This document shows positions 13,051-26,619 of a stretch of 64,000 bases of DNA, piece by piece (within the stretch, counting starts at the first letter, position 1; each line of letters opens with the position of its first letter). The position numbers and the translations under genes are program-made. Source of the DNA: Eledone cirrhosa (lineage: Eukaryota); contig OZ024743.1 in NCBI GenBank assembly GCA_964016885.1, positions 187,922,001-187,986,000 of the forward strand. Reading direction: 5' to 3'. The notes under the pieces were generated by a model. It saw only the letters and a list, made by a program, of their open reading frames with translations. It searched no databases and was not told the origin of the DNA.

Positions 13051-13649
13051 TACCTGGTTTTATTGACTCAACCATACTTATATTATTACTTGTTTCCTTC
13101 TAATAAGATAACTTTGCCATCCCACTTCCTGGTGGCCAATAAAATATGTACTAGTTAAATACTGGAGTTGATCTAATCAATTAAACCCATCCCCTAAAGT
13201 TGGTGGTCTAAACAATAAATATACCAAATATAATCTGCACTGGTAGGTGATATGAAGCGCATTCAGTCATAGAAAACTATTCAAATAAAGGGTTGGGAAT
13301 GTTCTTCAACTCTGCTATAGACATGGAAATCTCCCAAGTGTTTTGTGATCTACAAAATAAAGACACGCAGTACACTCTGTAAAGGGATTAGGGATAGAAA
13401 GAGTATCCAGCTGTAGGAAATCTGCTAAACAAAGGATTAGGAAGACTCTTTGGCAGTGTCAAAGGCATGACAACTTTCTTAGTGTTATTTCCAAAATAAA
13501 ATGTACTTGATAGAACATAGGATTGTATGTTGGGTTCCTGGTCCACTTAGAGGTTAGAGTCTCTAATTGAGTACAGACAGTTCTGTGATGACACATCCAA
13601 CCCTTGCTAGCAGGGAAAACAGACCATAAATTATGTTGATGTATCAATG

Positions 13650-14270
13650 TTAAAAGTAAAGTTTCCTGTACGCAGGAAGGCTATTTACCAGATGCTATTC
13701 AGACTTTGGGTACATCACTACTAAATAGTGATTTTGCCATGTCGTACCTTTGGTTTAAGCTCTTTTTTGTTTCTTGTTTGAACCTTCCTTTGAAATTATT
13801 TTATCACTTAAGCAGGATTTTCCAGAGGCATTAATTTCTAAACATCTTTATATCTTAAGAAAAAGAGTTGCAAGGATGATGATGGCCACACAGCTACTTT
13901 CTACATTTCATCGGAAATAGCATTTTTTTTTATTTCAAAGCTAATCAGTAGTCTATTTCCCCCAAGCATTATTCTATACTTTCCTTTTTTATTCTTTTAT
14001 GACTACAGATGATTAGACATAATTATAATTCTTCAACAAATATAAGATTAAGTTTTTCTTTTAATCTTTTCCAAGTACTTGTAGCAATTTCAATAGCAGG
14101 TGAGATTGCACATGCAAAAGTAAACCCAATATATATTTTGTGTGAACTTTATCCCATATTAACTTGGAAATGTCTGATGCAGTCTTTATTACTTGGTTCA
14201 TGAACTGCAGGTTTATGTAGAAGTAGAACTAGAATTTCATTTTAGTTCTGCTTTTGTAGCAGTATGAAAA
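13650..14270 (-). pseudogene. Decayed RNF213-like fragment (immediately post-RING region)
   Basis: NEILVLLLHK, VHTKYILGLLLHVQSHLLLKLLQVLGKD*KKNLILYLLK, EEL*LCLII (cf. RNF213 HTKS..VIRSVILKLLLKY..ELY.LFI). Confidence 0.5.
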
Positions 14271-14319
14271 TAGTATAATAATATATTATCATTTGCTAAC
14301 AATAAATAAAAAATATCTT

Positions 14320-15260
14320 AAGTATGAATGTGTAGAGATATGGTTAAAGGTGAAAGAAGAAGCCAGGGTGTTCATATAATGTCACACCAATCAGATATTG
14401 AAACCATTGTGAGTATCAATGCTTCAAAACTAACAATTGCACTAACTGAACTATTTATTGACAAGATTTATGGCTCCAGGAAGAACACAATGAAAAATAG
14501 TTGCAACACATAAAGATGAGAGGAAGAATGCAAAATACTTTATTGTAGTTAATGCTTTATTGAATCTTTGATGTAGTCCATATACAAGTTAAATAACTTA
14601 CAATAGTAGTTATTGGCGTCAGAGGAACTAGATGTTGGTGCCAAAAATGAATGAATTATATAGAGGTTTGGAAACAGCAACCAGTCATTCAGTTTTATTT
14701 TGTTGTGAAGTAATCATTTAATCAAAATAAAATAATTGCATCTGATGATAATGAATTATGATACATCCAGGGATAAGTGAATTTGATTAATTAGTAACAT
14801 TAGTTAGATGCTGGCAAGTAGAATATATTGCAATAAACTCTGTAACATAAATAGCAGGTAGAAGTTATTTTGATTGCAAACCACAAATGTACCATTTAGT
14901 TAGACAGGAACAAGGATGGAAAAATAAAAACATTTGATTACTAATTAGATTTGAAAAATGAATAGATACAAAGGAAGCCATTGCTATAGTGGTGAATATA
15001 AGCTCTCTAATTCATTGGTTTTAAAACATTTAGACTGTTACTTTACACTGATAGAGGAATAAACAGTATTTAATTTCTAATTGAATGGCACTTTGCCAAT
15101 TACATCTAAATTACCCTTGGCAACAAATATGCTTCATACTTAATAGAACTGAAAAATATAAGGAGTTTCAACCAGAAACCCATTTGGATGTTAGTTCATA
15201 TTCCATTATTGATGCAGTATAATGTTCATAATATTGACACGTCATTTACAATCGCTATAT
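14320..15260 (+). pseudogene. Decayed RNF213-like fragment (N-terminal stalk region)
   Basis: EIWLKVKEE, QDLWLQE, LASEELDVGAKNE*II*RFGNSNQSFSFIL, AG.VEYIAINSVT*IAGRSYF, IQRKPLL, colinear with recalled RNF213 LASISAGE..FHDAVQGY, HGSVE..INQRGIY and NKLML. Confidence 0.55.
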
Positions 15261-15329
15261 ATATCAAGAAAACATTACCACTCCCCTCATGTTAAATAGG
15301 AAATATGCACAACTAGAATCCTCATGATC

Positions 15330-15900
15330 ACTTCAAATAATAGGCCTCATAATCACTGAGTACCTCTATCAACCAACACACATTCTCAAGATAGCAAAGG
15401 CTGAATCATTAAGACTGGCTTTCTTCTTTAGGGCTAGAACATATTTTTGCCCCATTCTACACAGCTTAAATGTGACCCATAATTGAATATTGTCCCAACA
15501 TTTGGACATTTGGGACATTGCTGCAGTAACCACATAGACATCATAGACTGCATCCAAAGAATGACCATATAAGTGGTTGGCAGGAAGTTGTCCAACAACA
15601 ACTTGATCACACATGGGCTCTCACCTCTCTACATTTTCTACCACAACTACAATGGCCTTTGCTCCTTGGTGCTGGCTGGTTGCACACTAGATTTACTCAG
15701 GTAATTTCAACTCAATATCTCTTCTAGTCATTAATATTGTGCATACCATACTGGGGCCATATACTAGTGATTATAGCTAATTCATTCTCCCTAGCTGTTC
15801 AGTTTCATGGTATTCTCTCTCTACACATGTTTTCCCTCTAGTCATTGATTGCAGTTGTTCCAGAGAAGCATTAGTCACACCAATCTCACCAGGCTTAGAG
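15330..15900 (+). mobile_element. CR1/Jockey-type LINE RT C-terminal remnant
   Basis: LAFFFRARTYF, IEYCPNIW, IIDCIQR, IFYHNYNGLCS motifs. Confidence 0.6.
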
Positions 15901-17479
15901 GTTTTACAAAGGACATGGGCACCATTACTTCTTTCAGACAAAAGTAATAATTTTTTTGAAATGTCATCCTTAATCTAATTATAAATATGTACTTTTAAGA
16001 AGCAGAACTATAAAAGTGGTGTATATATTTCTTTTAGTTACAAGGGTGGTATGGAATGAAATGCTTCCATAGTACATTAAACTGGAAACTAAAAATAATC
16101 ACTATTAATAATTATTATCCAATACTTCCCTCTGTTCACTACTTTAATAATTGCTCTCACATTCTGGAAACACCCAAATAGTCCTTACTTATCACCCACT
16201 AATCTTTCATGTTATCAATATTTGATGGGACATTTAACCTATTATCTTATCCTAGTTTATGTTTTTATTTAAATTTTTATCCTCCAAATTTTCCCCATAA
16301 AGGATTGGACACAAATATATATATATAAGAACTTTCAATGTTTATCAGGAAATGTAGTCACCCAAGTGACAGAAACATCTTACCCTCTCAAAGATAAGAA
16401 AATGCAGGTACCTATATGTGGCCCCTTACATTCTTAGAGATATCAGCAAAATCTTTCAGATCACACTCGGTCATATTAATTAAGTAAACAAAATACTGGA
16501 TAATATAGTTGGCTCATGGAAACTCATGCCATTATTGATTAGAGAAGGCCTTTGACCTTTGTAAAACTTTATCTCATTAAGGTATCATGATAAATACACA
16601 TGGTTTGTGTTGTTGCAGTTGCTGTTGCTTTGACCTAGATTGACCCTGATTGAGCAGAATTAAAGCATTCCACTCATGATGTTAGCATCATTTATTTGAG
16701 CAGAGAGAATCCCAAACTGTATTATCGAAGGTGCACTTTTCTAGGGTGCTAGAGGCGTGATTTGAGGGAGATGTGTCTGCTATTGTGTCACATAGAAGCA
16801 CTTTCTTTGGCTCAGCAAACACATAGCTGAGGAATTAAAAGAATTCTAAGTGTATCTATAAACAATGTGTCAGATGATAGCAGATATTTAAGAACTATAT
16901 TATAAAATTGTGTTAATATGACAGGAACTGATAAAAAGTTGTGATAATTTAGATTAGTTTGACACATTGAGAAGAAATGCAAATGTGAAGAGGATGGAAA
17001 AAATTGTAATGACAGCTGCGTCTTGACATAAAATTACCCATTCCTTTTGATTAGAAAATATGTTAAAATGAATTTATTCATCATTAATATGGAATGATTA
17101 TATATGTGTTATTAAGATGTTTAGTTCAAGACTACATGGTTTGGTGTTCAATCTCACTGAATGGCAGCTTGGACAAATGTCATCTATGATAGAAATAGGT
17201 CAGCCAAAGCTTTGTGAAGGAAATCTAGTGGACAAAGACTTTGTGTAAGTCCATTGGAGGGACAGTACTGTGGGTGGTACGTTTAATCTATCACCTGGTT
17301 TAACTCCACCACTTGACTCATAGGACACTTTAAGGCCATTCTTGATCAAAAGATTAGAGCTTGGTTTCTGGCGTGATGTTAACTTTTTCTCTGCTTTCCC
17401 CCAGACTTGGATGCACCCAAAAAGGTCCTAATGCTGTATTCTCCTTTTAAAGCCATTAAATATATTTGCATATATATAG

Positions 17480-19380
17480 CGGTGCAAGTTAAAGGTAGTA
17501 TAATAAGTAAGGCAATCAAAGATATGAAGACAGGCAAGGCAGCTGGGCCTTCGGAGATAGTTGCTGAGATGTTGAAGGCATCTGGTATGGTGGGACACAC
17601 TATGGTCACCCGTATAGTTAACCAAGTAATACAGAATGGGGTTATACCGAAAGACTGGCGTAGCAGCATCATCATTAACTGCTACAAGGGTAAAGGGGAT
17701 GCTCTAGATAGGGGAAACTATAGAGGCATTAAGTTAGTTGACCAGGACCATGAAGGTAACAGAAAGAGTTATAGTGCAACTAATCAGAGAGCGAATTGAT
17801 CTAGATGAAATTCAGTTTGGGTTTGTGTCAGGTAAAAGTACCACAGATGCTCTTTTCCTTGTACGACAACTACAAGAGAAGTACCTAGCTAAAAGCAAAC
17901 CCCTCTACTTAGCTTTTGTAGACCTGGAGAAAGCTTTTGACAGAGTGCCCCGCTCCATTATCTGGTGGGCTCTTAGAAAACTAGGTGTAGATGAATGGCT
18001 TGTGAGAACTATACAAGCTATGTATAATGAAACAGTCATTAAGGTTAGAATTAACAATGAATATAGTGAAGAATTTAGGGTAAAAGTTGGCGTTCATCAA
18101 GGCTCTGTCCTTAGCCCCATCTTATTTATTATTGCCCTTCAGGCTATAACAGAGGAGTTCAAGACCGGCTGCCCATGGGAACTCCTATACGCAGATGATC
18201 TAACGCTCATAGCTGACTCAATGGCTGAACTAGAAAAGAAATTCCAAACATAGAAGCATGGCCTAGAATCAAAAGGCCTTAAAGTTAACCTGTCTAAGAC
18301 TAAAGTCCTAGTTTGTAGAAAGGAAAATAAGGCACAGGTACCCTCAGGGAAATGGCCGATGCTCAGGTGCAATAGGTAGCAAGTGTCCAAAGGATACTAG
18401 CCCCTTCTATTGCCCAGATGGTTCTATAAAAATAGTAGACACTGTCCGTTACCTGGGTGCCGAAATCAGCAGTGGTGGAGGGTGTTCTGAAAGTACAGTA
18501 GCCAAAGTCAGAACGGATGGAAAAAGTTCAGAGAGCTTATACCGCTGTTGGCCACAAAAGGTTTCTCTCTAAAAATGAAAGGCAGATTGTATGATGCTTG
18601 TATACGAACAGCAATGCTACATGGCAGTGAGACATGGGCATTGCGTGCAGAGGACCTGCGTAGACTGGAAAGGAACGAAGCATGCATGCTCCGTTGGATG
18701 TGTAATAGTAATATACGTGAACTGCACACATAAATGAACTAAGTGAGAAATTAGGAATAAGAGGGATCAGATGCTGTTTACTCGAGAGAAGACTACGTTG
18801 GTATGGCCACGTGATGCGCATGAAAGACGACAGCTGTATAAAAAAGTGCAGGGCGATCAAAATTGACGGTAGCTACGGAGTAGGTAGACCCAGAAAAACT
18901 TGGGACGATCTGATAAATTTCGACCTTACACACTTGCACCTCTCTAGGACAATGTCACTAGACCGAGATCTTTGGCGCTACACAGTAATACAGAAGACCC
19001 GCCTTGCCTATGTACAAAGCGAAACCTAAAGTCAGTAGGCACCTCTTAACCAATTATACACCCCAATCCACTACCCTACCCTATCCTCCCACTCCCACCA
19101 ACAGCACGAGAAAATGAGATCGAGATCGTGTAGGTGTGTCACGAGAAAAAAACACACAGTCCACGCTGTAATGTGGTCGTGTGGGTAACACGGTAAACAG
19201 TTCCCAGTTCCACACTGTAAATATGGTTGGTGTTAGGAAGGGCATTCAGCCGTAGAAAACCTGCCAGATAGTCCTATATGAGCGAGACACGGTCACCTGA
19301 CCAACCTTGCCTCAAGTGGGACAACTCCCGTCTAACCCATGCTAGCGTGGAAAGTGGACCTTAAACGAGGATGATGATGA
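17480..19380 (+). mobile_element. RTE-clade LINE, 5'-truncated, frameshifted, with 3' UTR and (GAT)n tail
   Basis: GKAAGPSEIVAEML, NYRGIKL, AFVDLEKAFDRVPR, GVHQGSVLSPILF, LLYADDL, MLHGSETW, GRPRKTW. Confidence 0.95.
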
Positions 19381-19389
19381 TATATATGC

Positions 19390-21620
19390 AAATGTAAACT
19401 CATAAACGATGCATGTGACACTTCGACTAAAAAATACATACGATTAAAACCACCAGAAGACTTAAAACTCAGACCAATGATAACAGGCCTTGCATGTGAA
19501 ACCCACAGACTTAGCAACTTCTTCGATATCCTACTAAAACATATACAGAGCTACATACGGGATGACCTTGATATGCTGAACGACCTACTGAAAACACTAA
19601 GTCAAAACACTATTATTGTCTCCTTTGACGTAGTAAATCTCTACACTAACATACCCCATAACTATGGAATAACAGCAATCCAGTATTGGCTAGACACTCA
19701 CCAATCTGAAATACTAACACGCATCAACAGAAACTTTATTATTGATAGACTCTGATTTATCTTACAGAATAATTTCTTTACTTTCAATGATTCAACATAC
19801 CAACAAATCTCAGGTACCACAATGGGTACAAAGGTAGCCCCCACATACGCCAACTTAGTCATGGGATTCCACGAACAACACATTTACAACCAATCCCTTC
19901 TATTATTCGAAGACTATTTCCTTACACATTTCAAAAATAATTGGAAGAGATACCTAGACGGTTGCTTTATACTATGGGAGGAAGACATGAATACACTCAC
20001 TCTTTTCAAAAAGATGATAACAATATTAATAATAACATACAATTCCCAATGGAATCCAACTCCAAGGAATGAGACTTCTTTGATATCGTTAGTTTAAAAA
20101 CAGATGGGAAAATAGAAAGAGACATCTTTTATAAACCCACGGACAGTGCCTCCTGTTCACATCAAATCACCCAAAACAATTTAACATCCCTTTTAACTTA
20201 GCCAAACGTATATGCATCATAGTATCAGACCCAGCTAAACAGGAACAAAGACTAAATGAACTAAAAATCACACTTACCTTAAGAGCCTTCAGACTTGACA
20301 TAATTAATAATGGAATAGACAGCAAAACACGCAAATGTTCATCAACCCAACAACCCAAAGCACAGAACCACAAACAATACCTTACCATATGTATCCACGT
20401 TCAACCCCAGAAACACCGAAATGTTCGACCTCCTACGCCCCCCCCTCCCTCATTCTATTTCAAGATGAAAAAATGAAAAAGCATCCTAGAAACATACAAG
20501 ATCATTAAAAGTAAAAGGCAACCCAAATCACTAAAACACATTCTCCCTGGAGTAAATATACACAAACCAATCTCCATCCTTACGGTAACAAAATGCAGAA
20601 GAACAAACTGTGGCATATGCCTATACTTAATTGAAGGACAACAATTCACATTTAAAGATGGCCAAACTTTCACAGTGAAAAACAACTTCACCTGCAACTC
20701 AGAGAACCTGATCTACGAAATCCCATGCGGTGGCTGACGACATAACTATATAGGACAGATGGGGGTGTCATGACGCAAAATAATGAACATCCATCGCCAA
20801 CAAATCTGAGACGTAAACACAAGAAAAATCTTCTTAAATGGCCACATTGCAGATTGTGCAAGAATGACCCTACCCAACTTTAAAATCTTCTGCATTTACA
20901 AGTGCCCCGATTCTTTCACTCAACAACAAAGAATAAAGAAAAACTATTTATTAACAGATTTAAACCAAAATTGAATATGTATCACCCCCATTAGATTTTC
21001 TCTCACACACCACGAAATAAGAAAGAAATTGCTCATACGCATATTTTCCAAAAGTTCAAGATTGAAACCCACCACTGATGCTTTACTGTTTTTCTTTTAA
21101 TTTCCCACCACAAGGGCACAGTAACAGACAAGCTGAAACATACACACACGTTTTTTTTTTCATATATACACTCTCACACGTACACACTTATACTCTCTAA
21201 AATCATATTAAAAAAATAGAATTTCTTTTACAACCCTACTTTTGCCAATCCCATAGAATTTGTCTCTAGTTTACAATCTCCCTCTTCGCCACCCACATCT
21301 GAACTCTTGACTAGCCCATTAACATAATTGAGATGCACACACATAATTACAGAATATCTCCCTAAAAACAATTTTGTTCTGTGTGAAAAAACACAACTAG
21401 CACCACTGCTCCTGCTACTACCATGACTACACCTCTCTCTATATATACACAAGATTTAATTTTTCCAGTCTCCTTCTCAACAAGGATGATGAAAAAAAAC
21501 TTACCTCAACACTTAATTTTAAATCTATAATTTTTAGATTTTTAATTCTTATTAATTCTTTTTAATTGTAATACTCAACATTTGGTAAGATGAATTTTAC
21601 TAATACATCAAAACCGGTTA
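19390..21620 (+). mobile_element. Penelope-like element (Neptune-type RT and GIY-YIG), 5'-truncated, decayed, with 3' UTR
   Basis: SFDVVNLYTNIPH, GTTMGTKVAPTYANLVMG, WKRYLDGCFILW, NIPFNLAKRICIIVS, CGICLYL..FTCNSENLIYEIPCGG*RHNYIGQ. Confidence 0.9.
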
Positions 21621-21760
21621 TACTTTATATACATTATGAACCTCTTCTTTTCAAAGAATTGTCACTCTCTTTTTTTCAATAATGTCACATTGACAAATCA
21701 AAGAAAGGAGAAAAAAGAAAAACAAACTCTTAAATATATTTTCCATGCTTTTTTCCAATT

Positions 21761-21794
21761 TCTCTCTCTCTCTCTCTCGAGAGAGAGAGAGAGA

Positions 21795-21826
<32 letters not shown>

Positions 21827-21843
21827 TATGTGTGTGTGTGTGT
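21761..21843. repeat. (TC)n/(GA)n/(TG)n microsatellite
   Basis: Direct inspection. Confidence 0.95.
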
Positions 21844-22259
21844 GATGGTTGGTAATAGGAAGGATATCCATCCACAAAAAAAACCTGTCAAGAGGACTCT
21901 TCAGATCTGTTGAAAACATGTCAGCCACCCTTATGATGGGCCTATGATTAAATGCACTTAGTAGAGAAAAAAATATATGTAAGCAAGATGCAGACCCCTG
22001 AACCATTTGAGAGCTCTGTAGCTTCACTTGAATTCTGACTTAGTCCATGTAAACCTGTCCAACCCTTGCTAGCAGAGAAGATGTTCATTAAATGTAGTTT
22101 AGGGATTAGAGAGTTAGATTCAAGGCGGCTATTAAACATTGACTGCTGCTGCTCATCATACGATACAACTTGCCTGGACTTGTGCCTTGGAGGGGAAATT
22201 TCTCTGTAAAAAAACCCATGGTCATTTGTGACTGAAGGGGGTCTTTACCCTATATATAA

Positions 22260-22563
22260 ATGTTTCCTTGAGCAAGACACTTTATTTCACATTGCTCCAG
22301 TTTACTCAGCTGTAGAAATGAGATAAGACTGGGGTCCCTATCATTCCACTGCAAAGTGGTCGTGGAGGTGCCATGGCAAAAAAAGCAAACAGCCCACACT
22401 GTGACGTGGACGTGTAGGTGCCACGGAAAAAAAAAGCACCCGGCACTCACTGTAAATGAGGTTGGTGTTAGGAAGGGCATCCAGCTGTAGAAATCAAGCC
22501 AGAATCAGTTCCCGTCCCACCCTTGCAAACAGGGAAAAGCAAACGTAAAATGATGATGATGAT
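22260..22563 (+). mobile_element. SINE family B, 5'-truncated
   Basis: Same core and tail as 10867-11210. Confidence 0.9.
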
Positions 22564-24059
22564 ATGTGTGTGTGTATATATATTTATATATAGTTTGACT
22601 TAACTCTGCACTAACAGAGTTTTTATGTTTCTTAAATTATGTTTCTTAAATTACTATCCTTAACTTATATTTAACATAGGTAATAGATGATTTTAAACAT
22701 ATGATTAATTTTCTGTGTCTAAATATTATTTTTAAAATGATATAAAATATAGTTAATCTGCTCTTGTTTGCATTTTATTTTATTTTGATTGTGAAAGTGG
22801 GGAAAAAGTATCACATTATATTTCAATAATATTATGCAGGAAATGACCAATATAAATTAGCGGAAATTCCATTCAGCAATAAATATAATTAGTGACAAGT
22901 AGGGGGGGCTTATCACTATATTATTCAAAGCAATATGACAGTCTTGATGTTGTCGCTCAATTTACTAGAATGACTAAGTACATCTCTTAGGAAACTCATT
23001 CTACCCACTAAAAAAGAAAGAACACATTAGACAATGTAGTCTTAGAAACACTCTTTAAGAAAAGGAAGGCATGGTTAATCTTAAATTGCTTTTGACCATA
23101 AGTCATAGGTAGCAGTGACAACAAACTCTAATTAATTCAGTATATAAACATATATACTCTTTTACTAGTTACAGTGATCGGAATGTTGCTATGTTAAGCA
23201 CAGCCATCAAGGGATTTGGCTAATCATAACGGCATCAGTACTTATTTCAGTCCAGAGCTGCCACCAGGGGGTTTCAGGAAATTCTGGCTATGCACTCTAA
23301 ATCCCTAGGGAATTTTTTCACCAGTTCCTTTGGTTAACGTTTTTGTATATTAAAAAAAAAACTTATATTTTAAACTTATTTTTGCCCCTCTTGGCAATGG
23401 ACCTGTTTCAGTCTGGTACTTATATTATCAGTAATTATTTGACATACACAGACCCAACAGAACTACACATGTATGTTTTATAACATATTTAATTTTATTG
23501 CCATACAAGAGATTTAATCTGTGATTATGTGTTGGAATTAACACAGTTACATAAGAGTCAAATCATTTTAGTTGTTAAAAAGTAATATACTGCACAGTAT
23601 TAACTCTTTGTTGAATAATTTTACAATAGTGTATCTCCTTAAGTACCTAAGTCTTCTATTACACATACATAATCTGGTCAATCTTATTTGATTCTACTAT
23701 ACCTTAGATATCTGAGAAACAGGTAGTTCAGATTTATTTTTATAACAGAATTTGAAATGCATTAATATACATTTAAATTCTAAAATTTTAAATATACTTA
23801 TATTCAATGAAATTGTTCTGCAACTGTATCATTTCTTATGCTTTCAGTCAGTAGTTGTCAAGCTTCCATCAGCTCATGAGAAAAAATATTAATTAGTATT
23901 AATAAAACTGTCACAGTAAAAAAACAAACTACTAGATGGAAAAATACAACTCCCAAAACCTTATGGAATTATTATCAGTTTGTTCTTATCACACCTTCCT
24001 CAACAACGTGAGGTTTTAACCACAAAATTATTTTTTAGTATGATTAAGTAGGATTTAAA

Positions 24060-24990
24060 CGTATAAATATGTTTTTTGCGAAAATCATATCATTAGATTA
24101 ATACTTTAATAGTTTAATACACTATAGATAAGTAAAAGTTTTATGCAACGATACTTTAGAAATATAAAGTTCAGTTTGATAATTTTACAAAATACAATAA
24201 ATATTAAATTACATGAATTCTTTACGAATAGGAAAACTGAAATTGATATTTTAAAAATAGCTTTGGAATTAAAGCCATATATTCTCTTTCTAGTGCAGAA
24301 AATAAACATTTTGAAGAATTGGTCAATATTTTCTCCATGGGTTCCAGTATATTGCCAAAAGAGATTTTGTATGTATATTGATATTTTAGAGACTTGAACA
24401 GGAATCGATTTTTTCATGAATCTGATATTATGACGGTTGTTTTTTGTATTCATTATTTTAATTGATATTTTCGCATAAGAAATAAATAAAATTGCAAAAC
24501 AAAACATGTTATGAGCTTGTTTACTTGTAACTAACTTGATGGTTATGATGCCATTCAGGAGGAAACGTCTGCTATCAGGTGACTGAATGAGTATTGAAAA
24601 CTGATAATTTATAAATACATCTTGTTCAAATGAACTATAATCTTTCATTGACACCTGGTATTGATATATTACTGTTTGTTTCAACATTTTAACACATTTT
24701 TCACTGTTGGCATGAGTTTTATAGGCTTTCAAATTTTAATGTTTGCTTGAATATCTAATGCAGTTAATTGTTGATTCTATTATCTTTACTTGATTATACG
24801 TAGCGCCCAAATATAGATAAATAAATGCCTACAGGTAACCAAAGATGTCTAGCAAGGTATTTTGGGTTGAATGCTAACATATTACCAGTCATTTTGTGCT
24901 TTTCAAACTCATAATTTACAAAAATGTAGAAATTACAGCATTTGACCACCATTTTAAAGATGCAGTGGTGGGTATGTGTGTTGATGGAGA
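24060..24990 (-). pseudogene. Decayed RNF213-like fragment (post-AAA, start of E3 module)
   Basis: VVKCCNFYI, RHLWLPVGI, KDYSSFEQDVF, RFLF/SKISIYIQNLFWQY..DQFFKMF (cf. LIASAKY, GLWQSVHI, QEAGTFRHTL, PFSWKIKDYLEELW); the 208-aa ORF at 24106-24732 is partly in this frame. Confidence 0.5.
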
Positions 24991-25469
24991 TTTGGTTGAT
25001 CAAATGAAGAATTAGAACAAATTCTTAGAAGCTCCCTCACATATTTTTGGGAGAACTATGAGTTATATAAGGATTACAAAATATAGTAAGCTATGAGCAT
25101 CAAAGACAGATCTATAGAGTCTAGAAAGAAATAAGCCAAGTGTGACCCAGTGTAAAGTTAACTTGGATTAGGGTAGAACATGAACTAATTAAAAAGCTAA
25201 TTGTGCATTAAAATATCAAACTATGTATATAACAAGATGGCTGCATCAGCATAGACTACATGTGTGTGTGCTTGTACATATATTTGTGCATGTGCGTGTG
25301 TGTGTGTGCACGCATGTGTGTGTGTCTGTCTGTCTATCCATGGGAAGGAAAAAGGAAATGAGTGTTCTATCTAGTGAAAGAGAGTTAATTTATTATGATT
25401 CACACAGGTAACATGTATTACACTACCTTAAGTTTCAATGATTAGTCGTGATAGTAACTGCAGACTACA

Positions 25470-26022
25470 CAACATTGCAGAATGTATGAAGCAGTGGTGA
25501 AATGTGTAGGCCTAACTCATCATACCTCCTTGCTGAGGTTCAACTGCATGAGGTTGGCCTTCCTCACATCATCCCATGCTTTCCTGGGCCTTACCAAGGT
25601 TTCCTTTTAATTTGAGTGCTCTGCATTTGTTTATGTAGTTTTCATTCTTTATATGCATTAGATGTCCATACCATCACAATCTCTTCTCCTGCACATTGTC
25701 CCCAATGCCTCGTTTCTCTCTCAGCCCTTTGATGCTTCACCACTCATGTATTACACATCTATTGGAAAATGCATGCCTTATTCATTTCCAAACTTTTTAA
25801 GTCCTCCTTGCACAAAGTCATAGTTCACTATTATGTAGCATTGCTGTTTGCACGCAAGCATCATACAACCTGCCTTTCACTCTGAGGAATAGATCCATTT
25901 TAGACAGCAGTGGTAGTGGCTCCCAAAATCTTTTCCAACTGGCCCTCACCCTGGCTATTGTATTTTCAGAACACCATCCACCACTGCTAATTTGGTATCC
26001 CAGGTAGCAGAAGCTTTCAACA
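25470..26022 (-). mobile_element. RTE LINE 3' fragment
   Basis: Minus strand FCYLGYQISSGGGCSE..RVKGRLYDACV..GRPRKAWDDV. Confidence 0.85.
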
Positions 26023-26024
26023 AC

Positions 26025-26140
26025 ATTGCACCTGATGAATTAAGCCTATGCGTTGCTCAGCTGCTTCATGCATTCTGCACAATCATGTATAGTCTGTAAT
26101 TGCTGCCATAACTATGCTTTGAAACCTAAGGTAGTGTAAT
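26025..26140 (+). ncRNA. Type I hammerhead ribozyme-like motif (Penelope-LTR type)
   Basis: ATTGCAC-CTGATGA-[long stem II, AAGC/GCTT]-GAAA-CC-TAA-GG-TA-GTGTAAT; 7-bp stem I, GUA cleavage site. Confidence 0.55.
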
Positions 26141-26619
26141 ACATATTACATGTATGAATCATAATAAATAATATATATTTATATATATATAGAGAGAGAG
26201 AGAGCAATGGCTTCTATGGGATAGAACTGATTCATTTAAAGGAAATCATAAGGAAATATATATTGTGAGAAAGAGAGAGGGAGAGCGAAGGGGTGGGGAG
26301 AGAAATTACTGGTTCATTAGCAGTGCTTTGTTTCAAGGCTACACAATAAAACTGAATAACATTGTGATGTAATAGACAGATGAAATCACCTTGTTTTTAT
26401 ACACACAAACACATCAGCTTTGTGGTCAGAAAAAAAAAGGGGCTGGTTGGATTAGTTTTCGATATCTTTTTGACGAAGTTGATTTTAAAAACATAACAAA
26501 CATAAACTAAAAAACAACAAAGCCCCAGTTGACTCCATGCTTTCAAAGCAGGTCTTTATATAAATATATATATGAGATAAGATATATATTTATATTGTCA
26601 TCTACATATCTTTATCTTT

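Noticed and set aside
20720-20760. TGA at the second Cys of CxxC in the Penelope GIY-YIG domain (possible selenocysteine)
   Set aside because: This copy has several other stops and frameshifts and I recognised no SECIS; a point mutation is simpler
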